Counted from the stretch's first letter, positions 1 through 10,657 are shown. The stretch is 64,000 nt of DNA from Deltaproteobacteria bacterium (GCA_030591565.1 JAUVAU010000005.1:4021-68020), one strand, 5' to 3'. Translations and numbers: made by a program. The notes: generated from the sequence alone by a model not told the origin.

Positions 1-38
1 GTGGCCGCCACGCCAAGAGGGTCGACAAGATCACAGGC

Positions 39-1340
39 GTGGACACCATCTATTCGCCGGGCAGGGCTATCAGGGCCAGCGATCCCCTGGTGTGGGAGGC
101 GATAAACAATGAGATGAACCGCGCAGAGGACTCCATCGTCCTGATCGCTTCGGAGAACTACGCTTCCGAGGCGGTGCTGGAAGCCCAGGGCTCGGTTTTT
201 ACCAATAAATACGCCGAGGGCTACCCCGGTGCGCGCTACTATGGCGGTTGCGAGTTCGCCGATGTGGTGGAGACGCTGGCGATCGAGCGCGCCAAGGAGC
301 TTTTTGGTGCCGAATACGCCAACGTGCAGCCCCTCTCGGGTTCCGCGGCCAATATGGCGGCCTACCACGCGCTGTTGGAGCCGGGCGACAAGATCGTCTC
401 CATGAAGCTGGCCCACGGCGGTCACCTCACCCACGGCGCACCTGTCAGCTTCTCGGGACGTCTCTACGACATCGTCAACTACGGCGTCGAAAAAGATACC
501 GGGCTGATTGATTACGACAAGCTGGCCGAGCTGGTCAAAAAGGGAAAGCCCCACGCACTCATAGCCGGAGCCAGCTCCTACTCGCGCACGCTGGATTTCC
601 CGCGCTTTCGCGAGATAGCGGACTCGGTCGGGGCGTACTTCATAATGGACATGGCCCACATCGCCGGGCTGATAGCAGGGGGGGCGCATCCCAACCCCAC
701 CCCCTATGCCGATGTCGTCACTTCGACCACCCACAAGACGCTACGCGGCCCACGCGGCGGCATGGTCCTGTGCAAGGAGAAGTATGGCAGGCTGATAGAC
801 AAGGCGGTCTTCCCCGGCTTGCAGGGCGGCCCGCTGGTACACACCATCGCCGCCAAGGCGGTGGCCTTTGCCGAGGCGATGGCCCCCGACTTCACCGCCT
901 ACGCGCATCAGGTGGTCAAGAACTGCGACATCCTGGCCGGGATATTCATGGACAGGGGCTATGCTGTGGTTAGCGGCGGCACTGACAACCACCTCTTCAT
1001 GCTCGATTTGAGCGGCAAGAATATTACCGGGGCCGAGGCTGAAACCCGCCTGGACCTGGCCGGCATAACGGTCAACAAGAACTCGATACCCTACGACACA
1101 CAGCCCCCCACCGTCACCAGCGGTATTCGACTGGGCACGGCCATCGTCACCACCAGGGGCATGGGCGAGGAAGAGATGACCGCTATTGCAGAGCTGGTCA
1201 TCCGCGTGCTTGAGAAGGGGAGCGACGCCCAGGTGCTGGCTACGGTCAAGGGCGAGGTCGCAAACCTCTGTCACCAGTTCCCCTTCTACGCGCTTATGAC
1301 CGGCGACACCGGTGATAGCCGCGGGGGATGTGGCTGTTGA
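39..1340 (+). CDS. glyA: serine hydroxymethyltransferase
   Basis: 433-aa ORF with SHMT hallmarks: '[17 protein letters not shown]' and PLP-lysine region '[16 protein letters not shown]'. GTG start. Confidence 0.95.
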   Translation: MDTIYSPGRAIRASDPLVWEAINNEMNRAEDSIVLIASENYASEAVLEAQGSVFTNKYAEGYPGARYYGGCEFADVVETLAIERAKELFGAEYANVQPLSGSAANMAAYHALLEPGDKIVSMKLAHGGHLTHGAPVSFSGRLYDIVNYGVEKDTGLIDYDKLAELVKKGKPHALIAGASSYSRTLDFPRFREIADSVGAYFIMDMAHIAGLIAGGAHPNPTPYADVVTSTTHKTLRGPRGGMVLCKEKYGRLIDKAVFPGLQGGPLVHTIAAKAVAFAEAMAPDFTAYAHQVVKNCDILAGIFMDRGYAVVSGGTDNHLFMLDLSGKNITGAEAETRLDLAGITVNKNSIPYDTQPPTVTSGIRLGTAIVTTRGMGEEEMTAIAELVIRVLEKGSDAQVLATVKGEVANLCHQFPFYALMTGDTGDSRGGCGC

Positions 1341-1792
1341 TGGACCGGCCAAGCTGGCATGAGTATTTCGCCGGGATAACCGAGCTGGTAGCGCAGCGTT
1401 CCACCTGTATGCGGCGAAAAGTGGGCGCCATACTGGTGAAGAATAAACGCATCCTGGCCACCGGCTACAATGGTGCGCCCTCGGGTGTGCGCCACTGTAT
1501 TGAGACCGGCTGCCTGCGCGACAAGCTGAACATCCCCTCGGGCCAGCGCCACGAGCTGTGCCGGGGGCTCCACGGCGAACAGAACGCGATTATTCAGGCC
1601 GCCAGCCACGGCGTGAGCGTAGAGGACTCGGACCTCTATTGTACGAATCTGCCCTGCATCATCTGCTCCAAGATGATAATCAACGCGGGCATACGGAACG
1701 TTTATTACATCGAAGGCTACGCCGACGAGTTGAGCCTCGAAATGCTTGAAGAGGCCGGTGTAACACTCACTAAAATAGAAGCGTCGAAGTAA
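1340..1792 (+). CDS. dCMP (deoxycytidylate) deaminase, ComEB-type
   Basis: Zinc-deaminase motifs 'HGEQNAI' and '[14 protein letters not shown]'. N-terminus [10 protein letters not shown] is typical for this family. ATG 1340 overlaps the glyA stop (TGATG); the track ORF starts 4 codons earlier at 1328. Confidence 0.85.
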   Translation: MDRPSWHEYFAGITELVAQRSTCMRRKVGAILVKNKRILATGYNGAPSGVRHCIETGCLRDKLNIPSGQRHELCRGLHGEQNAIIQAASHGVSVEDSDLYCTNLPCIICSKMIINAGIRNVYYIEGYADELSLEMLEEAGVTLTKIEASK

Positions 1793-1808
1793 CGAAAAGG
1801 AGCCCCCC

Positions 1809-2261
1809 TTGCGCTGTCCTTTCTGTGGATTGAATCAGGACCGGGTCATCGACTCACGCATGGCGAAAGATGGCGAGGTCATTCGCCGTCGGCGCGAATG
1901 TGAAGAGTGCCTAAAACGCTTCACCACCTATGAGCGGGTGGAAGAGGTGATGCCGTTGATCGTCAAGAAGGATGGCAGCCGCGATGCCTATGATCGCCAA
2001 AAGATAGTCATGGGACTTCAAAAGGCGTGTGAGAAGAGGCCTATCTCCGCCCAGCAGATAGAGGAAGTCACCGACCGCATCGAAGCCGATATTCAGGAAA
2101 AGGGCTCCAAGGAAGTGGACAGCCACATCGTCGGCGAGGCGGTGATGAATGCGCTTCGGGAGCTGGATGGCGTGGCCTATGTGCGTTTTGCCTCCGTGTA
2201 CCGTGAGTTCAGGGATTTGGATGAATTCATGGATACATTGAGAGATTTGCTGAAAAGATGA
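1809..2261 (+). CDS. nrdR: transcriptional repressor NrdR
   Basis: N-terminal zinc ribbon 'MRCPFCG...CEEC' followed by an ATP-cone. TTG start preceded by an AAGGAG RBS. Confidence 0.95.
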   Translation: MRCPFCGLNQDRVIDSRMAKDGEVIRRRRECEECLKRFTTYERVEEVMPLIVKKDGSRDAYDRQKIVMGLQKACEKRPISAQQIEEVTDRIEADIQEKGSKEVDSHIVGEAVMNALRELDGVAYVRFASVYREFRDLDEFMDTLRDLLKR

Positions 2262-3364
2262 GCCACCGGGATGACCGGTTCTACATGGGGCTGGCGCTGG
2301 ACCTGGCCCAGAAGGGGGCGGGGCGGACCTCCCCCAATCCCATGGTCGGTTGCGTGGTCGTTCGCGGCGGTCAAATCATCGGCAAGGGCTACCATCGCGT
2401 GGCGGGCGACCCCCACGCCGAGGTGGAGGCGCTAAAGGGAGTTGACGCCAACGGCGCGACCCTTTACGTGAGCCTTGAACCCTGTTCGCACCACGGTCGT
2501 ACCCCCCCCTGCGCCGACCTGATAATCGGCGCGGGCGTAAAAAGGGTGGTGGCGGCGATAGAAGACCCCAACCCGGCGGTTGCCGGCGAGGGGTTTAGTC
2601 GTCTAAGGGACGCCGGGATAGAGGTCGACGTCGGTGCTCTGGCTGGGCGCGCCCGGCGGATGAACGAGGCCTTTCTTCTTTCGATCGTCGAGAAGCGGGC
2701 CTTCGTGAACCTCAAGCTGGCCGCGACCCTTGATGGCAGGATCGCCACCGCTTCGGGTGACTCCAAGTGGATAACGTCGGAGGAGAGCAGGCTCGAAGTT
2801 CACCTTTTGCGCGACCGCATGGGGGCTATCATTGTGGGCGTGGGCACGGCGATCACCGACAACCCCCGGCTGACAGTGAGGTTGCCCGGCAGCGAGGAGC
2901 GGCGGATACTGCGGGTGGTGATCGACCCCGATTTGAGGGCCGATACAGACTTGGATATTTTCGCCCCCGACGAAGCCGCGCACACAATGGTCGTCTGCGG
3001 AACCGATGCCTGGGAAGAGGCCGAAGAGGTCCTGACCTCTATGGGCGTGCAGGTCTTCAGGTGCGACAAGGACCAGTCCGGCTCGCTGGACCTGGCCCAG
3101 CTGCTACAAAAGCTCTACTCCATGGGTATAATGGAGGTCATGGTCGAGGGCGGGGCCGCCACGGCGCGCACCTTCATCGATAGGGGACTGGTGGACAGGT
3201 TCCACCTCTTCTACGCGCCGATGATACTGGGCGGTCACGACGCCATACCGATGTTTGCTGGAATGAGCCCGCTTAAAATTGCCGACGGTTTGAGGCTGGA
3301 AAATATTGAGGATGACAGGTTCGGCCCCGACATTTACTTGACCGGGACTCCTGTCAGGAGATAG
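2258..3364 (+). CDS. ribD: bifunctional riboflavin biosynthesis deaminase/reductase RibD
   Basis: Deaminase motifs 'HAEVEAL' and 'PCSHHGRTPPC' plus a C-terminal reductase domain. ATGA overlap with nrdR. Confidence 0.93.
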   Translation: MSHRDDRFYMGLALDLAQKGAGRTSPNPMVGCVVVRGGQIIGKGYHRVAGDPHAEVEALKGVDANGATLYVSLEPCSHHGRTPPCADLIIGAGVKRVVAAIEDPNPAVAGEGFSRLRDAGIEVDVGALAGRARRMNEAFLLSIVEKRAFVNLKLAATLDGRIATASGDSKWITSEESRLEVHLLRDRMGAIIVGVGTAITDNPRLTVRLPGSEERRILRVVIDPDLRADTDLDIFAPDEAAHTMVVCGTDAWEEAEEVLTSMGVQVFRCDKDQSGSLDLAQLLQKLYSMGIMEVMVEGGAATARTFIDRGLVDRFHLFYAPMILGGHDAIPMFAGMSPLKIADGLRLENIEDDRFGPDIYLTGTPVRR

Positions 3365-3368
3365 GGCA

Positions 3369-4010
3369 TTGTTCACCGGTATCGTAGCCGACGTGGGAAC
3401 GTTGAAATCCAGCTTGGGTTCCTCCTCCTCCAAAAGGATGGTGTGGGCTACCTCCCTGGAGCTTTCCACCTTTGAGCTGGGCGAGTCCATAGCGGTCAAC
3501 GGCGTCTGCCTGACGGTGGACGATATCGGGACTGACTCTTTTGCCACTGACGTATCGCCTGAGACTTTGAACCGCTCCAACCTTGGTGGTTTGCGCATGG
3601 GCCAGCCGGTGAACCTGGAGCGTGCGCTAAGACCGGTGGACAGGCTTGGCGGACACTTCGTCCTGGGCCACGTGGATGGCGGCGGCAAGCTCAGCGCCAG
3701 GAGAAGGGAGGGCGAATTTGAGGTGCTCACCTTTTCCGCGCCCTCCGAGGTCTTGCGTTACACGGTTGAAAAGGGTTCCATCGCCGTGGATGGCATATCG
3801 CTCACGGTGGCTTCGGTGATACCGGAGGGCTTCACCGTGGCTGCTATACCCCACACGCTGGGGCGCACCACATTGGCTGCAAAAAAAGTCGGCGACGGGA
3901 TCAACCTTGAAGCCGATGTGTTGGGAAAATACGTTGAGAAACTGATGGGCCGCGGAAAAACGGCGGGGCTGACCTTTGAAGCCCTTGCACAGGGCGGCTT
4001 TTTGAAGTGA
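3369..4010 (+). CDS. ribE: riboflavin synthase (alpha chain)
   Basis: Canonical N-terminus MFTGIV and duplicated lumazine-binding halves ('[13 protein letters not shown]' / '[12 protein letters not shown]'). TTG start. Confidence 0.93.
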   Translation: MFTGIVADVGTLKSSLGSSSSKRMVWATSLELSTFELGESIAVNGVCLTVDDIGTDSFATDVSPETLNRSNLGGLRMGQPVNLERALRPVDRLGGHFVLGHVDGGGKLSARRREGEFEVLTFSAPSEVLRYTVEKGSIAVDGISLTVASVIPEGFTVAAIPHTLGRTTLAAKKVGDGINLEADVLGKYVEKLMGRGKTAGLTFEALAQGGFLK

Positions 4011-4039
4011 TCGGCCCGAAGTGATTGGATAGAGTTGAA

Positions 4040-5233
4040 ATGCCTTTAAAGAGAGTTGAAAAAGCGCTTGAGCGTTTCAGGAATGGCGAGATGGTCATCC
4101 TTGTCGATGATGAGGACCGGGAGAACGAGGGCGACCTCGCCATGGCCGCAGAGCTGGTGACGCCCGAGGCGGTGAACTTCATGGCGACCCACGGACGCGG
4201 GCTCATATGCCTCGCCATGAGCGAAGGTCGCTGCGACGAGCTGGACCTGTACCCCATGGTGCATGACAACACCAGCCCCTACCAGACTGCCTTCACCGTC
4301 TCCATCGAAGCACGCAGCGGTGTCACCACCGGTATCTCGGCGGCCGACCGCGCACGCACCATTCAAGTCGCCATAGACGACGATACGACCACCGCCGATC
4401 TGGTGAAGCCCGGACACATTTTCCCCCTGAGGGCGCGCAAGGGCGGGGTGCTGGTGCGCACCGGCCAGACCGAGGGCAGCGTCGACCTTGCACGGCTGGC
4501 GGGTTTGAAGTCCGCTGGCGTCATCTGCGAGATAATGCGCGACGACGGTACGATGGCGAGGATGCCGGACCTTGAAAAGTTCAGCAAAACCCATGACATG
4601 CCCATCGTCTCCATAGCTGACATAATCGAATACCGGTTGAGGACGGAGAGTCTCGTCAGGCGCTCGGCTGAGGCCAAGCTGCCCACCAAGTTTGGCGAGT
4701 TCAAGTCGATCGTCTATGAAAATGATGTGGACCGCTATCTGCACATCGCGCTTGTAAAGGGTGAGTTCGAGCTTGGAGAAGCGGTGTTGGTCCGGGTCCA
4801 CTCCGAGTGTTTGACCGGCGATGTCTTCGGCTCGGCGCGCTGCGATTGCGGCGACCAACTGCAAGCCGCCATGCGCCAGATAGAGAAAGAGGGCAAGGGC
4901 GTCATCGTCTACCTCCACCAGGAGGGCAGGGGGATCGGCATCGTCAATAAGATTCGTGCCTATGCGTTGCAGGATGAGGGACGCGACACGGTCGAGGCCA
5001 ACGAAGATCTGGGCTTCGCGCCCGACCTGCGGGACTACGGCATCGGGGCGCAGATACTTCTGGACCTGGGCATCAACCGGTTGCGCCTGCTGACCAATAA
5101 CCCGAAGAAGATAGTCGGGCTGGAGGGCTACGGGATCGAGGTCGCCGAGAGGGTGCCCATCGAGATGCCCGCAGGCCCGGACAATGAAAGATATCTCTCC
5201 ACCAAACGGTGTAAAATGGGTCATCTGATTTAG
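4040..5233 (+). CDS. ribBA: bifunctional 3,4-dihydroxy-2-butanone-4-phosphate synthase / GTP cyclohydrolase II
   Basis: DHBP synthase motif '[11 protein letters not shown]' and GTP cyclohydrolase II region '[18 protein letters not shown]'. ATG 4040 chosen; TTG 4025 (track start) is an alternative. Confidence 0.92.
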   Translation: MPLKRVEKALERFRNGEMVILVDDEDRENEGDLAMAAELVTPEAVNFMATHGRGLICLAMSEGRCDELDLYPMVHDNTSPYQTAFTVSIEARSGVTTGISAADRARTIQVAIDDDTTTADLVKPGHIFPLRARKGGVLVRTGQTEGSVDLARLAGLKSAGVICEIMRDDGTMARMPDLEKFSKTHDMPIVSIADIIEYRLRTESLVRRSAEAKLPTKFGEFKSIVYENDVDRYLHIALVKGEFELGEAVLVRVHSECLTGDVFGSARCDCGDQLQAAMRQIEKEGKGVIVYLHQEGRGIGIVNKIRAYALQDEGRDTVEANEDLGFAPDLRDYGIGAQILLDLGINRLRLLTNNPKKIVGLEGYGIEVAERVPIEMPAGPDNERYLSTKRCKMGHLI

Positions 5234-5259
5234 GTTGGAGCTAAGAGAAAGGATTTGAA

Positions 5260-5730
5260 ATGGTCAGTTATGTAGAGGGAAAACTCGCCAGTCAGGGTCT
5301 CAAGATAGCCCTGGTCGTGAGCCGTTTCAACAGCTTCATAACCGAAAGGCTGGTCGAAGGAGCAGTGGACGCGATCGTGCGCACCGGGGGCGATCCCGAT
5401 GATGTGAGTGTCTACAAGGTGCCTGGTGCTTTTGAAATACCGCTGGTGGCGAAAACCCTGGCTGAGTCGGGCAAATATGATGGTATCTGCTGCCTGGGCG
5501 CTGTCATCCGCGGAGCAACCCCCCATTTTGACTACGTCGCGAGCGAAGTCACCAAGGGCGTGGCGCAGGTCGCGTTGGAGACCGGCAGGGTCGTGGGCTT
5601 CGGCGTACTCACCACCGATACCCTTGAGCAAGCCGTCGAGCGTGCAGGCTCCAAGTCGGGAAACAAGGGCTCCGAGGCTGCGATGGCGATGATTGAGACG
5701 ATAAACCTTCTCAAGGCCGGAGAAGTTTAA
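5260..5730 (+). CDS. ribH: 6,7-dimethyl-8-ribityllumazine synthase
   Basis: 156-aa ORF; '[16 protein letters not shown]' and 'VPGAFEIP' are typical of RibH. Confidence 0.95.
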   Translation: MVSYVEGKLASQGLKIALVVSRFNSFITERLVEGAVDAIVRTGGDPDDVSVYKVPGAFEIPLVAKTLAESGKYDGICCLGAVIRGATPHFDYVASEVTKGVAQVALETGRVVGFGVLTTDTLEQAVERAGSKSGNKGSEAAMAMIETINLLKAGEV

Positions 5731-6156
5731 TTGGGAGTTCGTCACGCCACACGACAGGTAGCATTGCAGGCGCTCTACGCACTTGACGCCAATGGGTTGA
5801 ACAATCCCGAGGAGACGGTTCGTGCGGCGCTGGAAGAGTGGGAGGGCGAAGTCGATCGTAAGCGGCTCGCCGAGCTGACCGGCGGCTGCTGGGGACAGCA
5901 CGCCGAATTGGACCTCCTCATCGAGAAGGTCAGCCGTAACTGGAAGCTCTCGCGCATGGACCGGGTGGACCGCTCGATTCTGCGCCTTGGAGTCTATGAA
6001 CTGGTGGCGGACAAGAACGTCCCGGCTCCGGTGATTATCAGCGAGGCGGTGGAATTGGCAAAAGAGTTTGGTGCGCCCGACTCTCCTTCTTTCATAAATG
6101 GCCTCCTCGACAGGATCGCAAGAGAGCTTAGAACCGAGGAGGTAAAGGAGCGCTAA
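5731..6156 (+). CDS. nusB: transcription antitermination factor NusB
   Basis: 141 aa; 'RQVALQALYALD' N-terminus and 'ILRLGVYEL' core. Classic position after ribH. TTG start. Confidence 0.93.
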   Translation: MGVRHATRQVALQALYALDANGLNNPEETVRAALEEWEGEVDRKRLAELTGGCWGQHAELDLLIEKVSRNWKLSRMDRVDRSILRLGVYELVADKNVPAPVIISEAVELAKEFGAPDSPSFINGLLDRIARELRTEEVKER

Positions 6157-6261
6157 TCCGCGTCCGGCCTAAATACTTGTCAAGCCAATAGCCCTGTGCT
6201 AGTCTGCGTAAATACCTGAAAATACATCGCGATTCATCATGTATCGATAAGGGCCGGAGCT

Positions 6262-6591
6262 GTGACGGAAGACAAAGACTTCACTGAAGAGGAACTCAGG
6301 GAGACCATTGAGCAGCACGGCGGCGAGGGCAAAAGCGCTGCGGGGAAGTTGCCGCCGGTTCATTTCTCAGGGTTTATTGTCAGCCTCGCCCAGGCCGCTA
6401 TGGTGAACCTCGGGGATATCCCCGATCCGGACACCGGCCAGATCAATCGCAATCTTCCCCAGGCGCGTTACAGTATCGACCTCATCGATATGCTGGCCCA
6501 AAAGACCAGCGGGAACCTCACCGATGAGGAGCAGCATCTTATTCAAAGCGTTAGGAGCGATCTCAAAATGCGCTTCGTGCGGGGGAAGTGA
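6262..6591 (+). CDS. DUF1844-like small protein
   Basis: 109-aa ORF; the segment 'LPPVHFSGFIVSLAQAAMVNLG' resembles the DUF1844 family. GTG start. Confidence 0.6.
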   Translation: MTEDKDFTEEELRETIEQHGGEGKSAAGKLPPVHFSGFIVSLAQAAMVNLGDIPDPDTGQINRNLPQARYSIDLIDMLAQKTSGNLTDEEQHLIQSVRSDLKMRFVRGK

Positions 6592-6647
6592 GTAATAAGT
6601 AGACCCTTTTGTGAGGGCACACCCCCGGATCGACGAACGGGATTTCG

Positions 6648-8438
6648 ATGACCGGAAAAATGCTCAAATATCTTACGGCGATGCTCATCGCTGTACTCTC
6701 CATATCATCCTCGGCTGTCCTCGCTGCGGACGAAGTGCAGTGGCTCGACAGGGCCGGGTCTTCCGCAAATACCGAACAAATCATAAATGAAATTGCCGAC
6801 ATAAAGAGCGTCGCCGGTTACGCGGACATGGGTCCCGTCGCGGCCAAACTGGTGGAGGCTTCGCTGGCGGAGTCCAACCACAACAGCGCAAAGGCGCTGG
6901 CAGAGGTGGCGCTGGCTGCTGCGCCGGACGACCCGCGCGTGCTGGGAGGGGTCGCCCAGGTGGTGTACAGGGGTGATTTCGGCAAGGCGGCAGGCTTGGT
7001 AGTCTCAATGGCTTTCGCCTATTTCACCGACCCTTGGGTCCTCTACAGCCTGGTGACGCGGGCTTTGCTCATCATCTGCTTCGCCGGAGCCCTCTCGGCC
7101 CTGGCTGTTATGCTCTCGGCCCAGCCATACCATTTCCCCCCGATGGCCCACGATTTCGTCGACCGCTTTCCGCGCGACATGACCAGGTACACGCCAATGG
7201 CGTTTGTGCTGCTGGTGCTGGCGCTCTTTATCGCCGCTGGAGGAGGGCTGCTCATCTTCATCCTGCTCCCGGGCCTTGCGATGCTGGGCTACATGAAGAA
7301 GAGGGTGTCCATTGTCGTCACCATCGGGCTGGTGTTGCTGGTGGGGCTATTCTCCGCCTTCAATTTAGTCGCCTCCATGGCCGAAGAACCGGGGGACCGC
7401 GCCTTTGCGCTTTATCGCGTCTGGAAGGGTGACAGCGGCCCCGAGCTTGACGCCGAACTCAAAGAGAGATTTGGGGAAGCGGAAACCGAGGGGCTGGTCG
7501 CCAGGGCGATATTGGCCCGGCGTGCGGGTGACGGAGCGGGCGCTAAAGCGCTGCTCGCCACTGCCGAGACCCTCGGCGGCGATACCGGGGTCATCAATTT
7601 CCAACTTGGTGGACTCCACTTCCTCGACGAGAACTACGCCGGTGCGTTGGAAGCGTTCGGCAAGGCCATCGACGCTCGCCCCAACGACTGGCTGGCCTGG
7701 TACAACTTGAATGTCGTACACCTTGCCAGATTGGAGTTGGCGCAGGCCGAGCAGGCGATCCGAAAGGCCTCTGCCATAGACGCCAATGCGATGGAGGAGC
7801 ACCAGTCGCAAGCGCTATCGTCGGGTGACAAGACCTATCCGACCTTTCGGAGTTTCCCCGCGAAGTGGATAACCGGAGAGCTGCTCAGGGGCGCTCGTGA
7901 CATATCTTCCTGGCCCAAGGGCGTGTGGAGCGTATTCGGCTTCTCCCACTCGGCGGCCCGACCTGAGTACTTCATGATCTTCATAGTCCTGGGTTTTCTT
8001 TATTCACTGACACGAAAGCGCGCCAGGATGTCCAAAAGGTGTAGCTCGTGCGGCACGGTTAAGTGCCCGAAATGCCACCGGATAGTGAAGGGTGCGGATA
8101 TCTGTGGCGGCTGCTGGACGCTCAATCACGAAACCGGTGTCGATCCGGCCAGTAAGCGAGCTATGCGTGAGAGTATCGTAGTCTGGACCAAAAAATCGCG
8201 TAGAATGTTGAAGTTCGGTTCAATTCTTTTGCCGGGGTGGAACCGCTATGTATATGAGGGTGGCTTTACCTCTTTCCTGGTGGGAATTTTGTGGTCGGTG
8301 ACCCTGGCGGTCTGTCTGACTTATTACTTCTTCCCGGTGCCCATCGCCCCGTGGGCTGACTTGTGCTTCCCCTGGTATGCGGTTGCGCTGCTGGGTTTGT
8401 GCTACGTGGGTGCTGTGTTTAAGAATCTGAAACGGTAA
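6648..8438 (+). CDS. multipass membrane protein with TPR-like repeats and a Cys-rich zinc-ribbon segment (function unknown)
   Basis: 596-aa ORF with a signal-like N-terminus and several hydrophobic helices. TPR-like stretch 'AWYNLNVVHLARLELAQAEQAIRKA'. Cys cluster 'CSSCGTVKCPKCHRIVKGADICGGCW'. Confidence 0.6.
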   Translation: MTGKMLKYLTAMLIAVLSISSSAVLAADEVQWLDRAGSSANTEQIINEIADIKSVAGYADMGPVAAKLVEASLAESNHNSAKALAEVALAAAPDDPRVLGGVAQVVYRGDFGKAAGLVVSMAFAYFTDPWVLYSLVTRALLIICFAGALSALAVMLSAQPYHFPPMAHDFVDRFPRDMTRYTPMAFVLLVLALFIAAGGGLLIFILLPGLAMLGYMKKRVSIVVTIGLVLLVGLFSAFNLVASMAEEPGDRAFALYRVWKGDSGPELDAELKERFGEAETEGLVARAILARRAGDGAGAKALLATAETLGGDTGVINFQLGGLHFLDENYAGALEAFGKAIDARPNDWLAWYNLNVVHLARLELAQAEQAIRKASAIDANAMEEHQSQALSSGDKTYPTFRSFPAKWITGELLRGARDISSWPKGVWSVFGFSHSAARPEYFMIFIVLGFLYSLTRKRARMSKRCSSCGTVKCPKCHRIVKGADICGGCWTLNHETGVDPASKRAMRESIVVWTKKSRRMLKFGSILLPGWNRYVYEGGFTSFLVGILWSVTLAVCLTYYFFPVPIAPWADLCFPWYAVALLGLCYVGAVFKNLKR

Positions 8439-8496
8439 TGTCCGACGATTAGCCGATCTTTGGCTGCTACCTTGGACACGATTGGAGAGTTAGAAA

Positions 8497-9441
8497 TTGG
8501 CACTTGAAGGCTCCCTGGAATCTTTTGGAATAGGGGAAATATTCCAACTCATAGCGACGCAGAACAAGACCGGTGTCCTTGAGATCGAGACCACCGGCAA
8601 ACCTGCGCGCATCAGGTTCGTCAAGGGACAAATGCTTGACGCCTTCCCGGGCGCACATGATCCGGGCAGGGTGATCGGCAACATGCTGGTAAGCTCTGCG
8701 CTGGTAACCCAACGCCAACTTGATTACGCCCTGGGGGTACAAAAGCGCAGCCTGAGGCGCATCGGCGACATCCTCATTCGCATGGGCGCGGTGCGCACCA
8801 ACGAGTTCCAGGAACTGCTTGCACGTCAGCGGCGCGAGATGGCCTACAGCCTGCTGAGGCTCACACGTGGCAAATACATCTTCTACACCGAGGAGGTTGA
8901 ATTTGAGGACGGCGTGGACACCCTGATGAATGTTGACGCCCTTCTCATGGAAGGGTCCCGCCAGATCGATGAATGGCCCTCCATCCTCAAGCGCATCCCG
9001 TCGGATGGCCGCATCTATAAACGTACACAGGCCACCATCGTCAGTGAACTCACGGAGGAAGAGACTATTGTCCTTGATCTGGTCGATGGCGTGCGCACCG
9101 TAAAGGAGATCCTCGATCGCAGCAGGCTTGGGGAGTTCCACGCCTGGAGCGCCATGTCCAATATCTACGACGATGGCCTTATTGCAATGGGTGAGAAAAA
9201 GCCCAAGAAAAAGCTCAGCAAGAAAGCAGTCATAAAAAAGACCAAGACCTCCCCGGTCTTCCTTGACTCACTGGTTGCGGTGGCGGTCTTTGTGGGAGCG
9301 CTCGTGTTGTTGTTCATGCCCCACCTCGTCAGCGTGGGTGAAAAGGTCGAGTTCAAGCAGACGATTGAGCAGTATTCCCTGGATGTGGACAGGATCAATG
9401 ATCGTGCCGAAATGTGGAGAAATCACCAGGCCGACCTGTGA
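8497..9441 (+). CDS. PATAN/DUF4388 domain protein with C-terminal membrane anchor
   Basis: N-terminus 'LEGSLESFGIGEIFQLIATQNKTGVLEIE' matches the DUF4388 (PatA N-terminal) signature. Lys-rich linker, then TM helix 'VFLDSLVAVAVFVGALVLLFM'. TTG start. Confidence 0.65.
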   Translation: MALEGSLESFGIGEIFQLIATQNKTGVLEIETTGKPARIRFVKGQMLDAFPGAHDPGRVIGNMLVSSALVTQRQLDYALGVQKRSLRRIGDILIRMGAVRTNEFQELLARQRREMAYSLLRLTRGKYIFYTEEVEFEDGVDTLMNVDALLMEGSRQIDEWPSILKRIPSDGRIYKRTQATIVSELTEEETIVLDLVDGVRTVKEILDRSRLGEFHAWSAMSNIYDDGLIAMGEKKPKKKLSKKAVIKKTKTSPVFLDSLVAVAVFVGALVLLFMPHLVSVGEKVEFKQTIEQYSLDVDRINDRAEMWRNHQADL

Positions 9442-9730
9442 CCGACCTTACCGTTGCGCCCAATGGCTAGGAGGCTCTGACGAAAAACTCTCCCGAAGCG
9501 GGGGGTAATACTAAACTGGGCCAAACCGGAGATTCTAGCCGATGTAGGGCAAACCTCCAACTGAGCCGACGATAAACTGGAAACCCCGAAGATCCTTCGA
9601 GAATTAGGAAGGGAAGAAAAATGACCGCAGGCATACCGATAAGTATTTCGAGGATCATTTTTCGCCCCTGACAACGTCAATCGGAGGATATCCGGGGTTT
9701 TTCAACAAGCTCTTAGTTCCCTGTGAAGCC

Positions 9731-10519
9731 ATGAATCTGATTGCCGAGAATATCACCGTAACGCACCCGACCATAGCCCGTGCCATAGCCGCAAGGGACC
9801 CGCTGCCGATCCTCTCTGTGGTGGAGTTGGCCAACCGTGCGGGGGCGGGGTCTCTCGACCTCAATCTCGGCCCCTCGCGCAGGGGTGGGGTCGAGGCGCT
9901 TGGGTTTTTGCTCGAACTGCTCGGAACTGTTTGGGATAAAGGCATTTGGATTGACACCACCGACGTCGAGCTGATGGCCCAGGCGGTTGAGTGCTGGCCC
10001 CACGCGGTCACCCTCAATGGCTATTCGGGTGGCGGGGACAGGGAAGGGATAGCGCGGTTGGCGGCGTCTACCGGTATGGAGCTGGTCATCTTCCTCATGC
10101 ACGGCGCCACGGTGCCGGTAATGGCGGAGGAGCGGCTGGCGCTGGCGGCCGAGCTGATGGGGCATCTCGCCGAGGTTGGCGTGGAGCAGCAGAATGTGGT
10201 AATCGACCCTGTACTCGCGCCGCTGGGGTGGATGGATGGTCAAAGGATGAATGGCGAGCTGATAAAGGTCTTGAAAGCCCTGCCGGGTCTCTTCGGCGAG
10301 GAGGTCAGGACCGTCATCGGGCTCTCCAATCTCGTCACCGGGTCCACGGGCCAAAAACGGGTTAAATGGCTGGAGGGGGCCTTTGTCTCAATGGCCGCTG
10401 GTGCTGGGCTCACCCATGTGTTGTGCGATATTTCCGACAATGGGGTGACCGCTGCGGTGAAGGCGGTGGATGTTTTTTCTGACCGTCGTCCCTTCGCCCC
10501 CAGTGAGTTTTCCAGGTAG
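9731..10519 (+). CDS. pterin-binding (dihydropteroate synthase-like / methyl-THF:corrinoid methyltransferase-like) domain protein
   Basis: 262 aa; 'LIAENITVT' (cf. GERIN-type start of pterin-binding TIM barrels) and 'VIGLSNLVTG' (cf. GLSN motif). Confidence 0.55.
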   Translation: MNLIAENITVTHPTIARAIAARDPLPILSVVELANRAGAGSLDLNLGPSRRGGVEALGFLLELLGTVWDKGIWIDTTDVELMAQAVECWPHAVTLNGYSGGGDREGIARLAASTGMELVIFLMHGATVPVMAEERLALAAELMGHLAEVGVEQQNVVIDPVLAPLGWMDGQRMNGELIKVLKALPGLFGEEVRTVIGLSNLVTGSTGQKRVKWLEGAFVSMAAGAGLTHVLCDISDNGVTAAVKAVDVFSDRRPFAPSEFSR

Positions 10520-10657
10520 TTGTCAGGTCAATGAAGAAGTTTTTACGCCAATCCTTCCGACCATAAATAGTTCGCCCACGCCCTTGGGCCTTTAATAGAT
10601 GGGCGCAGTGTGGCAAACTGTAGTGATGCCGCTTGCTTTCAACCGAAAGGGCACTTG

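Noticed and set aside
1793-2258. FMN (RFN) riboswitch upstream of the rib operon.
   Set aside because: ribD overlaps nrdR (ATGA) and only 16 nt separate the deaminase gene from nrdR. There is no room for a ~150-nt RFN element, and I did not see its conserved core.
4046-5224. A 392-aa ORF antisense to ribBA. Similar long antisense or alternate-frame ORFs occur at 10673-11908, 12598-13233, 13732-14541, 32163-33275, 40640-41269, 55092-55679, 57571-58776 and 59302-59931.
   Set aside because: Each lies entirely inside a confidently identified gene on the opposite strand. They have Arg/Gly/Ala/Pro-rich, low-information composition, which is typical of stop-codon-poor antisense frames in GC-rich DNA, and I recognise no motifs in them.
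9520-9600. c-di-GMP-I (GEMM-I) riboswitch, suggested by 'GGGCAAACC' and 'ACGAUAAAC'.
   Set aside because: Only one short consensus block matches. The 'ACGCAAAGC' block and the flanking helices are not reproduced, and the downstream gene is not a typical c-di-GMP target. I kept it only as an unexplained long leader (see findings).
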